Source: Patescibacteria group bacterium
GTDB taxonomy: Bacteria; Patescibacteriota; Microgenomatia; Curtissbacterales; GWA2-41-24
Direction: 5' to 3'
DNA length: 64,000 nucleotides
Assembly: GCA_038063735.1 (NCBI GenBank)
Contig: JBBTUN010000002.1
Span: 13,321-77,320 of the forward strand
Positions 28,217 to 36,587 of this stretch are shown here, one piece after another. The notes under the pieces are model-generated. The model was not told the DNA's origin. It did no database searches and was given only the letters and a program-made list of their open reading frames with translations. Each line of letters begins with the position of its first letter. Position 1 is the stretch's first letter. The position numbers and the translations under genes were made by a program.

Positions 28217-28954
28217 TTAATGTTCGACAGCATGTTTTTCAGTTAAGATTACCATAAAAACCAAAGTGAGAATAGAGAAAATGAGTGCTTGGACAAAGGC
28301 GACCAGAAATTCCAAAAAGTAAAATGGGATTGGCACAATATAGGCGAATATTGATGTTGTGGCAGTTGTTAATAAAACCTCTCCTGCAAAAACGTTTCCG
28401 AAAAGCCTGAAGGATAGGGAGGCGATTTTGGTGAATTCCCCAATTAATTCCAGGATGCCAACAAACAAAAAAATAGGGTTTAGACTGAAAAATTTTCCTA
28501 AGTATCCACCAAGCCCCAGGTATTTGATTGCCAAATAATGTGTGGCAATCACAGAGACGATTGCAAGTGCCATCGTGGTGTTAAGGTCGGCATTCATACC
28601 TCTTAGAAAAGGGACAAATTTGTCGTGTTCCCAGAAGCCAATGGATCCGACACCAGGCAGGAGCCCAAAATAATTTCCGAATAAAATAAACAGGAAAAAT
28701 GTGGCAATGATTGGCAGGAATGCGTTGGTTTTTTCGGCAGCAATGGAGGAGACAAGGCCGTGAAGACCGTCGATCATGATTTCTGCAATATTCTGTAAAG
28801 TTCCGGGGACTGCTTTTGCTTTTCTGGTTGCGAGGTATGCAAAGGTGATAAGAATAATTGTTACAATCCAGGTGGTAAGAACGGAGTTTGTAACCGGAAA
28901 CGGGCCAATATTAAAAAGTTTTTCTGCTGCTAGTTCTACGTGTACTGCTGCCAT
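28217..28954 (-). CDS. atpB: ATP synthase Fo a subunit
   Basis: 245 aa polytopic; ...FRLFGNVFAGE... contains the conserved Arg region of subunit a. Confidence 0.8.
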   Translation of the reverse strand: MAAVHVELAAEKLFNIGPFPVTNSVLTTWIVTIILITFAYLATRKAKAVPGTLQNIAEIMIDGLHGLVSSIAAEKTNAFLPIIATFFLFILFGNYFGLLPGVGSIGFWEHDKFVPFLRGMNADLNTTMALAIVSVIATHYLAIKYLGLGGYLGKFFSLNPIFLFVGILELIGEFTKIASLSFRLFGNVFAGEVLLTTATTSIFAYIVPIPFYFLEFLVAFVQALIFSILTLVFMVILTEKHAVEH

Positions 28955-28979
28955 GTTTTAATTATACTTTTTTATTTCC

Positions 28980-29000
28980 AAAAAAAGGACTTCTTGTCCG
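28980..29000 (-). terminator. putative terminator after the 512-aa hypothetical gene
   Basis: Minus strand reads GGACaagaaGTCC followed by TTTTTTT. Confidence 0.35.
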
Positions 29001-29065
29001 CCTAGCTGGCGAGACAAAAGCCCTTTGGGCAAAAATATACCAAACAATTAATAAATAGGCAAGGG

Positions 29066-30604
29066 TTAATACGAGCTGGAGTGATCGAGCACGTCTAAGA
29101 CTTCACCTGTTGTGTCATCGGTTAAAACATTTATTATAGTTAGCCTGTTTTCTGTTATCCATTCTCTTATTTTTGGGTCGTAAATTATTTCATGAGTAAT
29201 ACTATCGTTGTTACTTGAGGCTCTTTTTCTTGCTTTCTTATCCTTTTTAAAGGCTTCACCACTTATTGAGTTACTGATGTAGACGATTCTGGGTCTTTCC
29301 ATGTCTACGCCTACTTTGTCCATAACTCCGTATTCTATCTTTATTTGTTCGATTGCGTCTGCGGCGTCTGCGGCTGTGCTGCCAAACGCTTGTTTGGTAT
29401 CAAATTTCCCAATGTATTCTCCGCGTATAGAAATACCCATGTAGCCTTCGGAGTGGGATGAAAATGGATGATTTGGGCCACCAGCAGGTATTTCGCTTAA
29501 TCCTGTTAGGTACTGAAAAGCGACTGATTCGGCAATCAAAAACCTTAATGCTTGGGTTTGTCCATCGGTCAAGTCAGGGTAAACATTTTCTATATGGGTG
29601 CTTATTTCATTGTAGAAATCTTTTGAGGCTTCGTTTGTGAGTAAGAATTCCATTATGTCGACCTTTTTTTCAGCAAAATCCAGAAGTAGATTAGCATCGG
29701 TAAAGTTTTGGTTAAATTCCCCGTATGTGATATCCAGCTGGGTAGCTATGGTTTCCTTATATTTATTTGTTAGGTTGGTAGCTGCCAGATCGTCGTGACC
29801 ATCTTCTCTGAGGGTTACCCCCATTGTGGCGGTGTCGTAAAGCGCACCTATCGCTATTGTTGGAAGCCCATCTTTACCTACTGTTTCTCTAACTTTGTTG
29901 TAATACTGGGTAAATGCGGGAACACTTGTTTTCCTGAGTATAATTAGGTTGGCGTCTTCTGCTCTTTGGGTGTGATTAATCTTTGAAAAATCATCGAAGG
30001 TTAATTCTCCTTGATTTGCTGGAGACATATTGTCTTTAATTACACCTAGAATTGCTGCGTTTGCCGCACAACCATGACGGGGATCCGTAGAGTCGTAGTG
30101 GGCGAACACTACCTCAAGTAGCTCTCGGTCTTCGATTGCGTCATTTTTGATGTGCCCTCTGAGTTCGGGTGAATCTGGAATAAATCGGCCGTCGGAGGTT
30201 TTTTTAACTTTGATTGATCCAAGAGGTACTTCCCAGATGTCAACAAGAACGCCCATTGCCATTCCATCGAGTCTACCGTCTACGCACCAAACTGCACCAA
30301 GTTCCGTCTTTCCCCGTAATTTCTCTTTTCTTTCTTTTAGGTGTTGGAATTTTTCGCTGCTTAAGGTTTCGGAAATTGTATTTATCCTTTGTATGTTTTC
30401 CCAAACCCTGCGTTCGACACCACTGATTTCGTTGTCCTCATGTTTGTGGCCATTTTCTGTGAGGGGTAAGTGGTAAAAATTCTGGATGGCGATAGAAGTT
30501 TTCTTTTTTAATAATTGATTTTTATTTGAAGCTGTTTCTGGATTTGGTTGTCTCATTTCGGTTTTTGGATCAAAATCGGTTATTAGTAATTTCTCTGAAA
30601 TCAT
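29066..30604 (-). CDS. hypothetical protein, 512 aa
   Basis: Long uninterrupted ORF, RBS GAGGA; no recognised domain. Confidence 0.5.
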   Translation of the reverse strand: MISEKLLITDFDPKTEMRQPNPETASNKNQLLKKKTSIAIQNFYHLPLTENGHKHEDNEISGVERRVWENIQRINTISETLSSEKFQHLKERKEKLRGKTELGAVWCVDGRLDGMAMGVLVDIWEVPLGSIKVKKTSDGRFIPDSPELRGHIKNDAIEDRELLEVVFAHYDSTDPRHGCAANAAILGVIKDNMSPANQGELTFDDFSKINHTQRAEDANLIILRKTSVPAFTQYYNKVRETVGKDGLPTIAIGALYDTATMGVTLREDGHDDLAATNLTNKYKETIATQLDITYGEFNQNFTDANLLLDFAEKKVDIMEFLLTNEASKDFYNEISTHIENVYPDLTDGQTQALRFLIAESVAFQYLTGLSEIPAGGPNHPFSSHSEGYMGISIRGEYIGKFDTKQAFGSTAADAADAIEQIKIEYGVMDKVGVDMERPRIVYISNSISGEAFKKDKKARKRASSNNDSITHEIIYDPKIREWITENRLTIINVLTDDTTGEVLDVLDHSSSY

Positions 30605-30622
30605 TTTACTTGGGTCTTCCTC

Positions 30623-30650
30623 TAAAAAAAAGGCCTCGGTGTTGAACCGA
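30623..30650 (-). promoter_or_regulatory. hairpin + T-run (terminator/attenuator-like) 20 nt upstream of the RBS of the 512-aa gene
   Basis: Minus strand reads CTCGGTtcaacACCGAGgccTTTTTTTT then agaggaagacccaagtaaaATG. Confidence 0.45.
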
Positions 30651-30716
30651 GAATCCTTTGGGCTGTATACTAACAGAGCTGAAGGGTATTTTCAAGCTAT
30701 AGTCGCTCGCAGAATG

Positions 30717-30745
30717 CTGCTCGCTCATGTAAACTTAAAGAACAA
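30717..30745 (-). repeat. 29-nt element shared with 52035-52063 (opposite strand)
   Basis: ctgctcgctcatgtaaacttaaagaacaa is the exact reverse complement of ttgttctttaagtttacatgagcgagcag at 52035-52063. Confidence 0.7.
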
Positions 30746-30775
30746 CAAAAGCCTTTAGCTTTTGAAGTTTATAGG

Positions 30776-30931
30776 ATGAATTTGCTGGTTAAAATCTGTT
30801 TTGTTTTGTTGGCAATTGGGGGAGTAGTTTTGGTTTTTTATGTTTCGTGGTTTTGGCGAGCGCTTATTATCCCGATGATATTTATTTTGCTTGTTGACGT
30901 TGTCTCCAGTTTGTTTAAAAAAAAGGTTTAG
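30776..30931 (+). CDS. possible small membrane protein (51 aa)
   Basis: MNLLVKICFVLLAIGGVVLVFYVSWFWRALIIPMIFILLVDVVSSLFKKKV: two hydrophobic helices. Below the ORF-track cutoff; may be fortuitous in a UTR. Confidence 0.2.
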   Translation: MNLLVKICFVLLAIGGVVLVFYVSWFWRALIIPMIFILLVDVVSSLFKKKV

Positions 30932-31869
30932 GCTACAAGAGTTGTTGGGTTTGGAGTTGGAACTGGCCTTAGGATTACACCATTTGGGGCTGTGATAGGT
31001 TCCTGGGGTTTGGTGCCTGCCAGGTTTATTGTGGGTGCTTTTGGCGCTTCTGGGGTTTGGACAGCTTGGACACCACGAGCTGCTTCTTCCACTTTTCTTT
31101 GCATTTCTTGCTGCATCAGGGGTGTTGGAATGGGTATCGGATCGTGGGCTACATCGGGTTTTTCCTGAAGATGTGCAATAGGTGCGGGGGTTGGCGTCGG
31201 TTCTGTTTTTGCAAACGGTGTTGAAATTGGGGTAGGTTCTTGCGTTGGAGTTGAAGCTTTAATTGGCTCGGAGGCAGAAGTTTCTGATTTTGCTGTGACG
31301 CCTACAATTTGGGAAATGGCTTCGTAGATTTTGATTCTGGTTTCCTCGTCGGTCGCATATGTTTCTCCAAGTTTTTTTATAACTTCCGCGTTATGGATGA
31401 TCCCCCCTTCGGTTGCTATATTGTAAGCTTGGATTGCTGTTTCCCAATCTTTGGTATCCAGCGCGGCTTCTCCAAAACCTTTTGTAAACCCTTCGAGCTG
31501 CATTTTTATTTTTTTGATATCGTCCGGGTTCATGACTGCTTCCATTTTGCTTGTTTGTGTCTGGAGAGAGCTTGGGAGTTCTGCTTTACTTTTAGTGTTT
31601 GGGTTGAGAGCAATTTCGCCAAGCTTAACCGGAGGAGCACTGGTAATGTCGCCCATTGAAGCAATGTCTTTGTAGTATGAGGCGCCATACTTTATAGCCT
31701 CGGCCTGCAGTAAGTTTTTTTGATGAGCGTCGATCGTCTCTTGAGTTAGTCCTAAAAGAGGCAGTATTTCTGCAGCCGTGCTCGCTGTTTCTTGGACAGG
31801 CGTGATATTTGTTTTTCCGGAATTGTTAAAAAGACCCATGGCAGAAACGTTTCTTATATTAAGCGCCAA
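30928..31869 (-). CDS. hypothetical Pro/Thr-rich protein
   Basis: 313 aa; folded N-terminal part then low-complexity PTPTP..APK tail. Confidence 0.45.
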   Translation of the reverse strand: MALNIRNVSAMGLFNNSGKTNITPVQETASTAAEILPLLGLTQETIDAHQKNLLQAEAIKYGASYYKDIASMGDITSAPPVKLGEIALNPNTKSKAELPSSLQTQTSKMEAVMNPDDIKKIKMQLEGFTKGFGEAALDTKDWETAIQAYNIATEGGIIHNAEVIKKLGETYATDEETRIKIYEAISQIVGVTAKSETSASEPIKASTPTQEPTPISTPFAKTEPTPTPAPIAHLQEKPDVAHDPIPIPTPLMQQEMQRKVEEAARGVQAVQTPEAPKAPTINLAGTKPQEPITAPNGVILRPVPTPNPTTLVA

Positions 31870-31938
31870 AGTGTAGGTGAGTCAAGAGAGGGACTGGAAT
31901 CGTCAACTATTGTCTGTGGACTATCGACCGTAGACAAA

Positions 31939-32814
31939 TTATAGCTGTTCGAGTTTGAGTTTTTCCTCACCCTTAGGAAGTTGAATAAGGGAGAGGTAGC
32001 GCTCGGTAGTTGATAGCCTTTTGTGGCCGGCTATTTTAGAAATCAGAACGAGGGATGCTCCGCTTGAGAGGTGGTGCGCAACCCAGGTGTGTCTAAGGTC
32101 GTTGACTTTAGCGCCGGTTATGCCTGCTTTTCTGTAATATCTGTCGATTGCCGTTCTTATGTTTCTAACCAGAAGCGGTTTGCCGGTTTTTGTTACGAAT
32201 AGGGCTCTATTTGTAGTTTTTGGTCTTATTTCCAGATACTTTTTAAGGGCATTTTCGGCTGCCTTATTTAAAGGAACTGTTCTTTCTCCACGATTTTCTT
32301 GAGGGCGTACGAAAAGATGGCCTTCTTTGTTTTCTTCTCCAAAAAAGACATCGTCGATTCGTAAATTTGCGAGTTCACCAATTCTAACGCCTGTTTGAAG
32401 AAGAATTTCAATAATTGCGGCAATTCGAACGTCGTCTCTGGCTGCATCTCTTAGTGCTCTGTATTCAATAGGGGTTAGGATTCTGGGAGGTTTAGTTTCG
32501 AATTTTGGGTGTTCAACAAGGGAAGCCGGGTCGTCGGTTATGTATTCTTTGATTTTAAGAAAACGGAAGAACGTTTTTGTGGAATTTAGCTTTCTGGAGA
32601 GTGATTTTTGAGTGTAGCCCGTAGATTGCAGTTTTTCCAGGAAGTTCTTAATATCGTCCGGTTTTATTTCGTGGACGTGCACCTTTTGAAGGTCGGCGAA
32701 GAATTTGATCAGCTGTTCTATGTCCTTGCCGTATGCAAGCACAGTTGCCGATGCTCTTTTCCTGCCTTTTAAATGGTCAACAAATTCCTGATGTGCTTCT
32801 TGTAATTTCTTCAT
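31939..32814 (-). CDS. tyrosine site-specific recombinase (XerC/XerD/integrase family)
   Basis: C-terminal catalytic region ...LRHTWVAHHLSSGASLVLISKIAGHKRLSTTERYLSL (R..H..R.Y motifs) and an N-terminal SAM-like domain. Confidence 0.8.
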   Translation of the reverse strand: MKKLQEAHQEFVDHLKGRKRASATVLAYGKDIEQLIKFFADLQKVHVHEIKPDDIKNFLEKLQSTGYTQKSLSRKLNSTKTFFRFLKIKEYITDDPASLVEHPKFETKPPRILTPIEYRALRDAARDDVRIAAIIEILLQTGVRIGELANLRIDDVFFGEENKEGHLFVRPQENRGERTVPLNKAAENALKKYLEIRPKTTNRALFVTKTGKPLLVRNIRTAIDRYYRKAGITGAKVNDLRHTWVAHHLSSGASLVLISKIAGHKRLSTTERYLSLIQLPKGEEKLKLEQL

Positions 32815-33025
32815 TCAACTAACAATTTTTGGGCGAGAACTTTGTGCAGGTAAGTTCAGTGGCAAGCTGAAATTACGATTAGTATACTGCTTGCTATGGG
32901 CCTTGTCAAGAGTATTCAAATGGTGTTTGTGGATTCTTCTATAAGCTCACAGATTATAAACTCGCGGCCGTGCTTATGGCGCCTATCGGTTTTTAATAAT
33001 GCTAAGCGCGTATCTTATATATATA

Positions 33026-33385
33026 ATGGTAAGGATGAGAAGAAATTTAATACTGTTGTTGGCGATTGTTGTTGCAGTGTTTTTAGGTATAAATAGTGTA
33101 AAGCGGATACTTTCGCTTCATGGGACGAGTCAGCAGGTGGAGGAGGAAGAAGCTCATCTTGAAAAACTAAGAAAGGAAAATGAGGCTTTAAAGCAGGAGC
33201 TTGAGTATAAAAAGAGTGAAAGGTTTGCAGAAGGTGAGATTAGAAACAAATTGGGAATGGCAAAGGATGGGGAAGAGGTTGTGGTGATACCAAAAGAAGA
33301 AGAGAGTAGTAAACAGGAAACAGAAAGCAAGAAACCGGTTGCGAATTGGAAGAAATGGCAAAAATTATTCTTTGGAAATGGTTAA
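33026..33385 (+). CDS. FtsB/DivIC-like septum formation initiator
   Basis: Single N-terminal TM helix LILLLAIVVAVFLGI followed by the coiled coil HLEKLRKENEALKQELEYKKS. Confidence 0.5.
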   Translation: MVRMRRNLILLLAIVVAVFLGINSVKRILSLHGTSQQVEEEEAHLEKLRKENEALKQELEYKKSERFAEGEIRNKLGMAKDGEEVVVIPKEEESSKQETESKKPVANWKKWQKLFFGNG

Positions 33386-33438
33386 TTTGATTGACAAAGA
33401 GTTGTTTTGAAGCTAGAATTAACGTTTGAAATTAATCG

Positions 33439-33510
33439 ACGCGGGGTAGAGAAACGGCATCTCGGGAGGCTCATAATCTCCAGAAGTGGGTTCGACTCCC
33501 GCCCCCGCTA
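33439..33510 (+). tRNA. tRNA with CAT anticodon (candidate initiator tRNA-Met)
   Basis: CGCGGGG-TA-GAGA-AACGGCA-TCTC-G-GGAGG-CTCATAA-TCTCC-AGAA-GTGGG-TTCGACT-CCCGC-CCCCGCT-A. Stems are consistent with a cloverleaf; anticodon CAT; positions 1 and 72 are unpaired (C-U), as in bacterial initiator tRNAs. Confidence 0.5.
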
Positions 33511-33631
33511 CAAATTTCGGCAGAAATTTGGAGCGAGGTTCGCTCAAATTTTTGAGCGACCCGCTACACGTAAACCAGACTCGGCAAAGTTGTCGGGTCT
33601 TTTTTTGTTTGATACAATTCAGTCAGCTCAT

Positions 33632-33705
33632 GGCAGGGTAGCTCAGTTGGTTAGAGCGTGGCACTCATAACGCCAAGGTCGTGGGTTCGATCCCCACCCC
33701 TGCTA
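33632..33705 (+). tRNA. tRNA with CAT anticodon (Met elongator or Ile2)
   Basis: GGCAGGG-TA-GCTC-AGTTGGTTA-GAGC-G-TGGCA-CTCATAA-CGCCA-AGGTC-GTGGG-TTCGATC-CCCAC-CCCTGCT-A: canonical cloverleaf with GG in the D-loop and TTCGATC T-loop. Confidence 0.8.
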
Positions 33706-33771
33706 CACTTTTTAAGTGATTATACACTCTACGATTGACAAGACCCATAATATCGTATACAATCCACCGTT

Positions 33772-34296
33772 ATGAATGAAGTAATGTTCGGTGAACGCGC
33801 GACTGTTGAGGCAGTAAAACAGGCTTCCAAAGATTATTTAAGACAAGCAAAAGCAAGAAGAGTGGCTGCGCATGTGGCGCGGGAAAAGGCCAACGTTGGT
33901 TTTCGGATGCTTCGTCACGGGAAATTTGTAAGGATTATACAGGAGGATGCGGCATCGTATTGGCATGGGGCCGCTGCTGAAAAAGTTGATGAAATAGTGT
34001 CTGGAGCAACTTCTCTTAGTTATTCTGAAGAACCAGAGGAAGACAGATTCGTTAAATGGGATTTGGAAATTGTTTCTGGTGGTAAAAAAATAAAAATGGG
34101 TGCTCGTCATTTTCTGGGAGGGCCTAGTTATGCAAGTGGATATATCGACCCGTTTGAGCATAAACCGTATGTTTTATATGAGGGAAAACCGGCTGGAGGC
34201 GAGGAGCTTTATACGACTACAGGAAGATTTAAAGATTTTATTGACAACCTGAAAAGCCAGGGTATTATTGGCACAAAAGTCGCAGTTAAGGCTTAA
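33772..34296 (+). CDS. hypothetical protein
   Basis: 174-aa ORF after the tRNAs; contains GGPSYASGY, resembling the repeat-encoded motif. Confidence 0.4.
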   Translation: MNEVMFGERATVEAVKQASKDYLRQAKARRVAAHVAREKANVGFRMLRHGKFVRIIQEDAASYWHGAAAEKVDEIVSGATSLSYSEEPEEDRFVKWDLEIVSGGKKIKMGARHFLGGPSYASGYIDPFEHKPYVLYEGKPAGGEELYTTTGRFKDFIDNLKSQGIIGTKVAVKA

Positions 34297-34328
34297 TTAT
34301 CACTCCCAGGCTTTGTCCGCTTATAAAT

Positions 34329-34358
34329 TTGACACTTTAAGATTTCAACTGATATAAT
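34329..34358 (+). promoter_or_regulatory. sigma70-like promoter TTGACA-18-TATAAT
   Basis: ttgacactttaagatttcaactgatataat: both hexamers are perfect consensus. Confidence 0.5.
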
Positions 34359-34563
34359 TCTGCTAGGTAATGCTCTTTTGAGGTGAAAGCTTAGCAGAGG
34401 GCAGACTGATCTGCTAAGCAGAAATTATTTCGCAGAGATTTCTGCGCATTTGTATTTAAATGAATATTAACTTAACAATTAACCGATTTTGGTTTTATTA
34501 CTTTGCTCGCTAAGGCGGGTTTTGTAGGTTGTTGAGCTAACTAAAACTTAAGAACAGATACAA
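34359..34563 (+). ncRNA. candidate structured ncRNA or regulatory leader (no ORF) between promoter and terminator
   Basis: Hairpins GCTTAGCAGA...TCTGCTAAGC, GCAGAAAT...ATTTCTGC and CGCAGAgatttTCTGCG; no ORF of 30 aa or more; ends at an intrinsic terminator. Confidence 0.3.
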
Positions 34564-34588
34564 GACTCGCGAGAATGCGAGTTTTTTT
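34564..34588 (+). terminator. rho-independent terminator
   Basis: GACTCGCgagaatGCGAGT followed by TTTTTTT. Confidence 0.6.
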
Positions 34589-34613
34589 GTGGTCTGAAAG
34601 TAGGTGAAACATT

Positions 34614-34898
34614 ATGGAAAGAAAAGAAAATTGTCAAAGACAAAGCGGTATGGATTGCCGAGGTTGCGATGTGGCGGTTGATATTGCAAAAAATGTATTA
34701 TCTAACCCTGGCGAATCTGTAGTTAAGTAGATTTTAGAAGTTGCGGCTGAGAGTTGTCCTGTAGACACAAAATTTCTATTGCACGGAGATTTTGCCGAAT
34801 TGATGGAAGTAGAGAAAAAAGTAATACAATTAAGAACGATAAATGGCGAACCTAGTACAAATACAGAAACATTTGCGTCTGTTGCAGCTGGACTTTAA
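34614..34898 (+). pseudogene. ferredoxin-like gene interrupted by an in-frame TAG at 34738-34740
   Basis: Translation MERKENCQRQSGMDCRGCDVAVDIAKNVLSNPGESVVK*ILEVAAESCPVDTKF...: both halves align with the intact ferredoxin at 9408-9638 (C.G..C ... AAESCP); RBS aggtgaaacattATG. Confidence 0.3.
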
Positions 34899-35298
34899 AG
34901 TAATTGACTTGGATCAGGAAGCTTTTACGGTTGCTGACGTGGTTGATGCTGGGATAAAGGTTGATGAAGTTGTAAAGACGCTGATCGTGCGTGTGGGCGA
35001 TGGATCTTTTATCGCACTCGCTCTGCGAGGGAATGATCGGGTGGATTTTAAAAAAGTGCGGAAGCTGTTTGGATCAAAAGCCGAGCTTGCAAAGCCGGAG
35101 GACGTTTTGAAGGTTGTGGGCGTGCCAATTGGTGCTGTTTGCCCAATTTTGGTTGGAGTGCCAGTGTATGTGGATAAGAATGTTATGGATTTGCAAAACG
35201 TGCATATGGGTTCGGGGGATTTGATGCATGGATTAGAAATGAAGCTTAAAGATTTATTAAAGGCGGTTGGAGAATATCAGGTAGAAGAATTAGCATAA
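34843..35298 (+). CDS. YbaK/ProX-family aminoacyl-tRNA deacylase
   Basis: 151 aa; ...KTLIVRVGDGSFIALALRGNDRVDFKKV...VGVPIGAVCPI resembles YbaK/EbsC deacylase domains. Confidence 0.6.
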   Translation: MANLVQIQKHLRLLQLDFKVIDLDQEAFTVADVVDAGIKVDEVVKTLIVRVGDGSFIALALRGNDRVDFKKVRKLFGSKAELAKPEDVLKVVGVPIGAVCPILVGVPVYVDKNVMDLQNVHMGSGDLMHGLEMKLKDLLKAVGEYQVEELA

Positions 35299-35307
35299 TT
35301 ATTTAAA

Positions 35308-35523
35308 ATGATGATAGAACAAGAAAATTTACAAAGAGGGTTGGTAGGTAAAGGTGTTTACTCATTCAAGTGCGTTGGTTGTGGAACAAATGAGCAAACA
35401 CGAGTAGTTGTTGAATCTGTTCAAGATCGAGGAGGTCGTATTATACGAACGACTAAGGTGCGTGTTTGCGACCCTTGTTCTGTGGATGGTCTTTCTGATG
35501 TTATGATGAGGGTGGAAATATGA
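35308..35523 (+). CDS. small zinc-ribbon protein
   Basis: 71 aa with CVGCG...(30 aa)...CDPC, i.e. C..C...C..C. Confidence 0.3.
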   Translation: MMIEQENLQRGLVGKGVYSFKCVGCGTNEQTRVVVESVQDRGGRIIRTTKVRVCDPCSVDGLSDVMMRVEI

Positions 35524-36524
35524 AAAAACGTATTTTGACAGGGGATAGGCCGACGGGGAAATTGCATTTGGGCCACTATGTCGGGTCACTTGCAAACAGG
35601 GTAAAGCTGCAACATGAATATGAAACTTTTATTATGGTTGCGGACGTCCAGGCCTTGACGGATAATTTTGAGCATCCGGAAAAACTGGGCGAAAATATTC
35701 GGGAAGTTGTTTTGGACTATCTTTCTGTTGGGATTGATCCTAAGGTTTCGACAATTTTTATTCAGTCCCAAGTTCCTCAAATTGCAGAGCTAACGGTTTT
35801 TTTTATGAATTTAGTGACTTTGGCACGGCTCGAGAGAAACCCGACGGTTAAGGATGAAATGAAACAAAAAGGGTATGGAGCCAATGTTCCTTTGGGGTTT
35901 TTGGCTTATCCGGTTTCTCAGGCTGCCGATATTGCGTTTTTGAAAGCAGATTTGGTGCCGGTTGGGGTTGACCAGGTGCCGATGATTGAGCAGACGCGCG
36001 AAATTGTGCGCAAGTTTAACGAGCTTTATGGAAAAGTCCTGGTGGAGCCGGAGGCGTTAGTTGGAGAGGTAGAAAGATTACCAGGGACTGATGGTAAAGC
36101 GAAGATGAGCAAGAGTTTGGGGAATGTTATTAATTTATCCGATGATCCCCAGACTGTCAGAAAACAGGTAATGGGCATGTATACGGATCCGGCGCGGGTC
36201 CATGGGGACGAACCGGGAGATGTTGAAAACAATCCGGTCTTTATATATCTTGATGCTTTTGCTTCAGAAAGTCACAAGTCACAAGTTATGAGTTATAAAT
36301 CAAAATACAAGGAGGGTAAGGTTAAAGATGTGGAGGTTAAGGAGTTTTTGGTTGGTGTTTTGGAGGAATTCTTGGAACCAATTAGGAAAAGAAGAAAAGA
36401 ATTTGAGAAGCAACCTGGTTTGGTCGATAAAATCTTGAAAGATGGGACAGAAAAAGCGAGAGCGGAGGCAGAAAAAACTTTAAAAGAGGTTAAAGCTGCC
36501 ATGAAAATTAGCTACTTTTCCTAA
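35520..36524 (+). CDS. trpS: tryptophanyl-tRNA synthetase
   Basis: [16 protein letters not shown] (HIGH-like) and KMSKS motifs with class I TrpRS-like architecture. Confidence 0.9.
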   Translation: MKKRILTGDRPTGKLHLGHYVGSLANRVKLQHEYETFIMVADVQALTDNFEHPEKLGENIREVVLDYLSVGIDPKVSTIFIQSQVPQIAELTVFFMNLVTLARLERNPTVKDEMKQKGYGANVPLGFLAYPVSQAADIAFLKADLVPVGVDQVPMIEQTREIVRKFNELYGKVLVEPEALVGEVERLPGTDGKAKMSKSLGNVINLSDDPQTVRKQVMGMYTDPARVHGDEPGDVENNPVFIYLDAFASESHKSQVMSYKSKYKEGKVKDVEVKEFLVGVLEEFLEPIRKRRKEFEKQPGLVDKILKDGTEKARAEAEKTLKEVKAAMKISYFS

Positions 36525-36587
36525 ACGTTTTTACATAGTTGTCTTTCTTCTTGATGCACATGTGGTTCTGGCAATTGGAGGTTTTCG

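Noticed and set aside
31939-32814. Prophage or integrative island delimited by the tyrosine recombinase
   Set aside because: No phage structural genes and no direct repeat of a tRNA 3' end seen in the window; the recombinase resembles XerC/D and sits beside a cell-division gene, so a housekeeping role is at least as likely. The adjacency is kept only as a low-to-moderate finding.
33407-33670. 87-aa ORF on the plus strand
   Set aside because: Entirely overlaps the two tRNA genes; it is an artefact of ORF calling across structured RNA.
34359-35520. T-box riboswitch upstream of the ybaK-like gene and trpS
   Set aside because: No T-box consensus (AATTAGGGTGGNACCGCG) or specifier-loop arrangement is recognisable; the leader is kept as an unclassified ncRNA or attenuator candidate.
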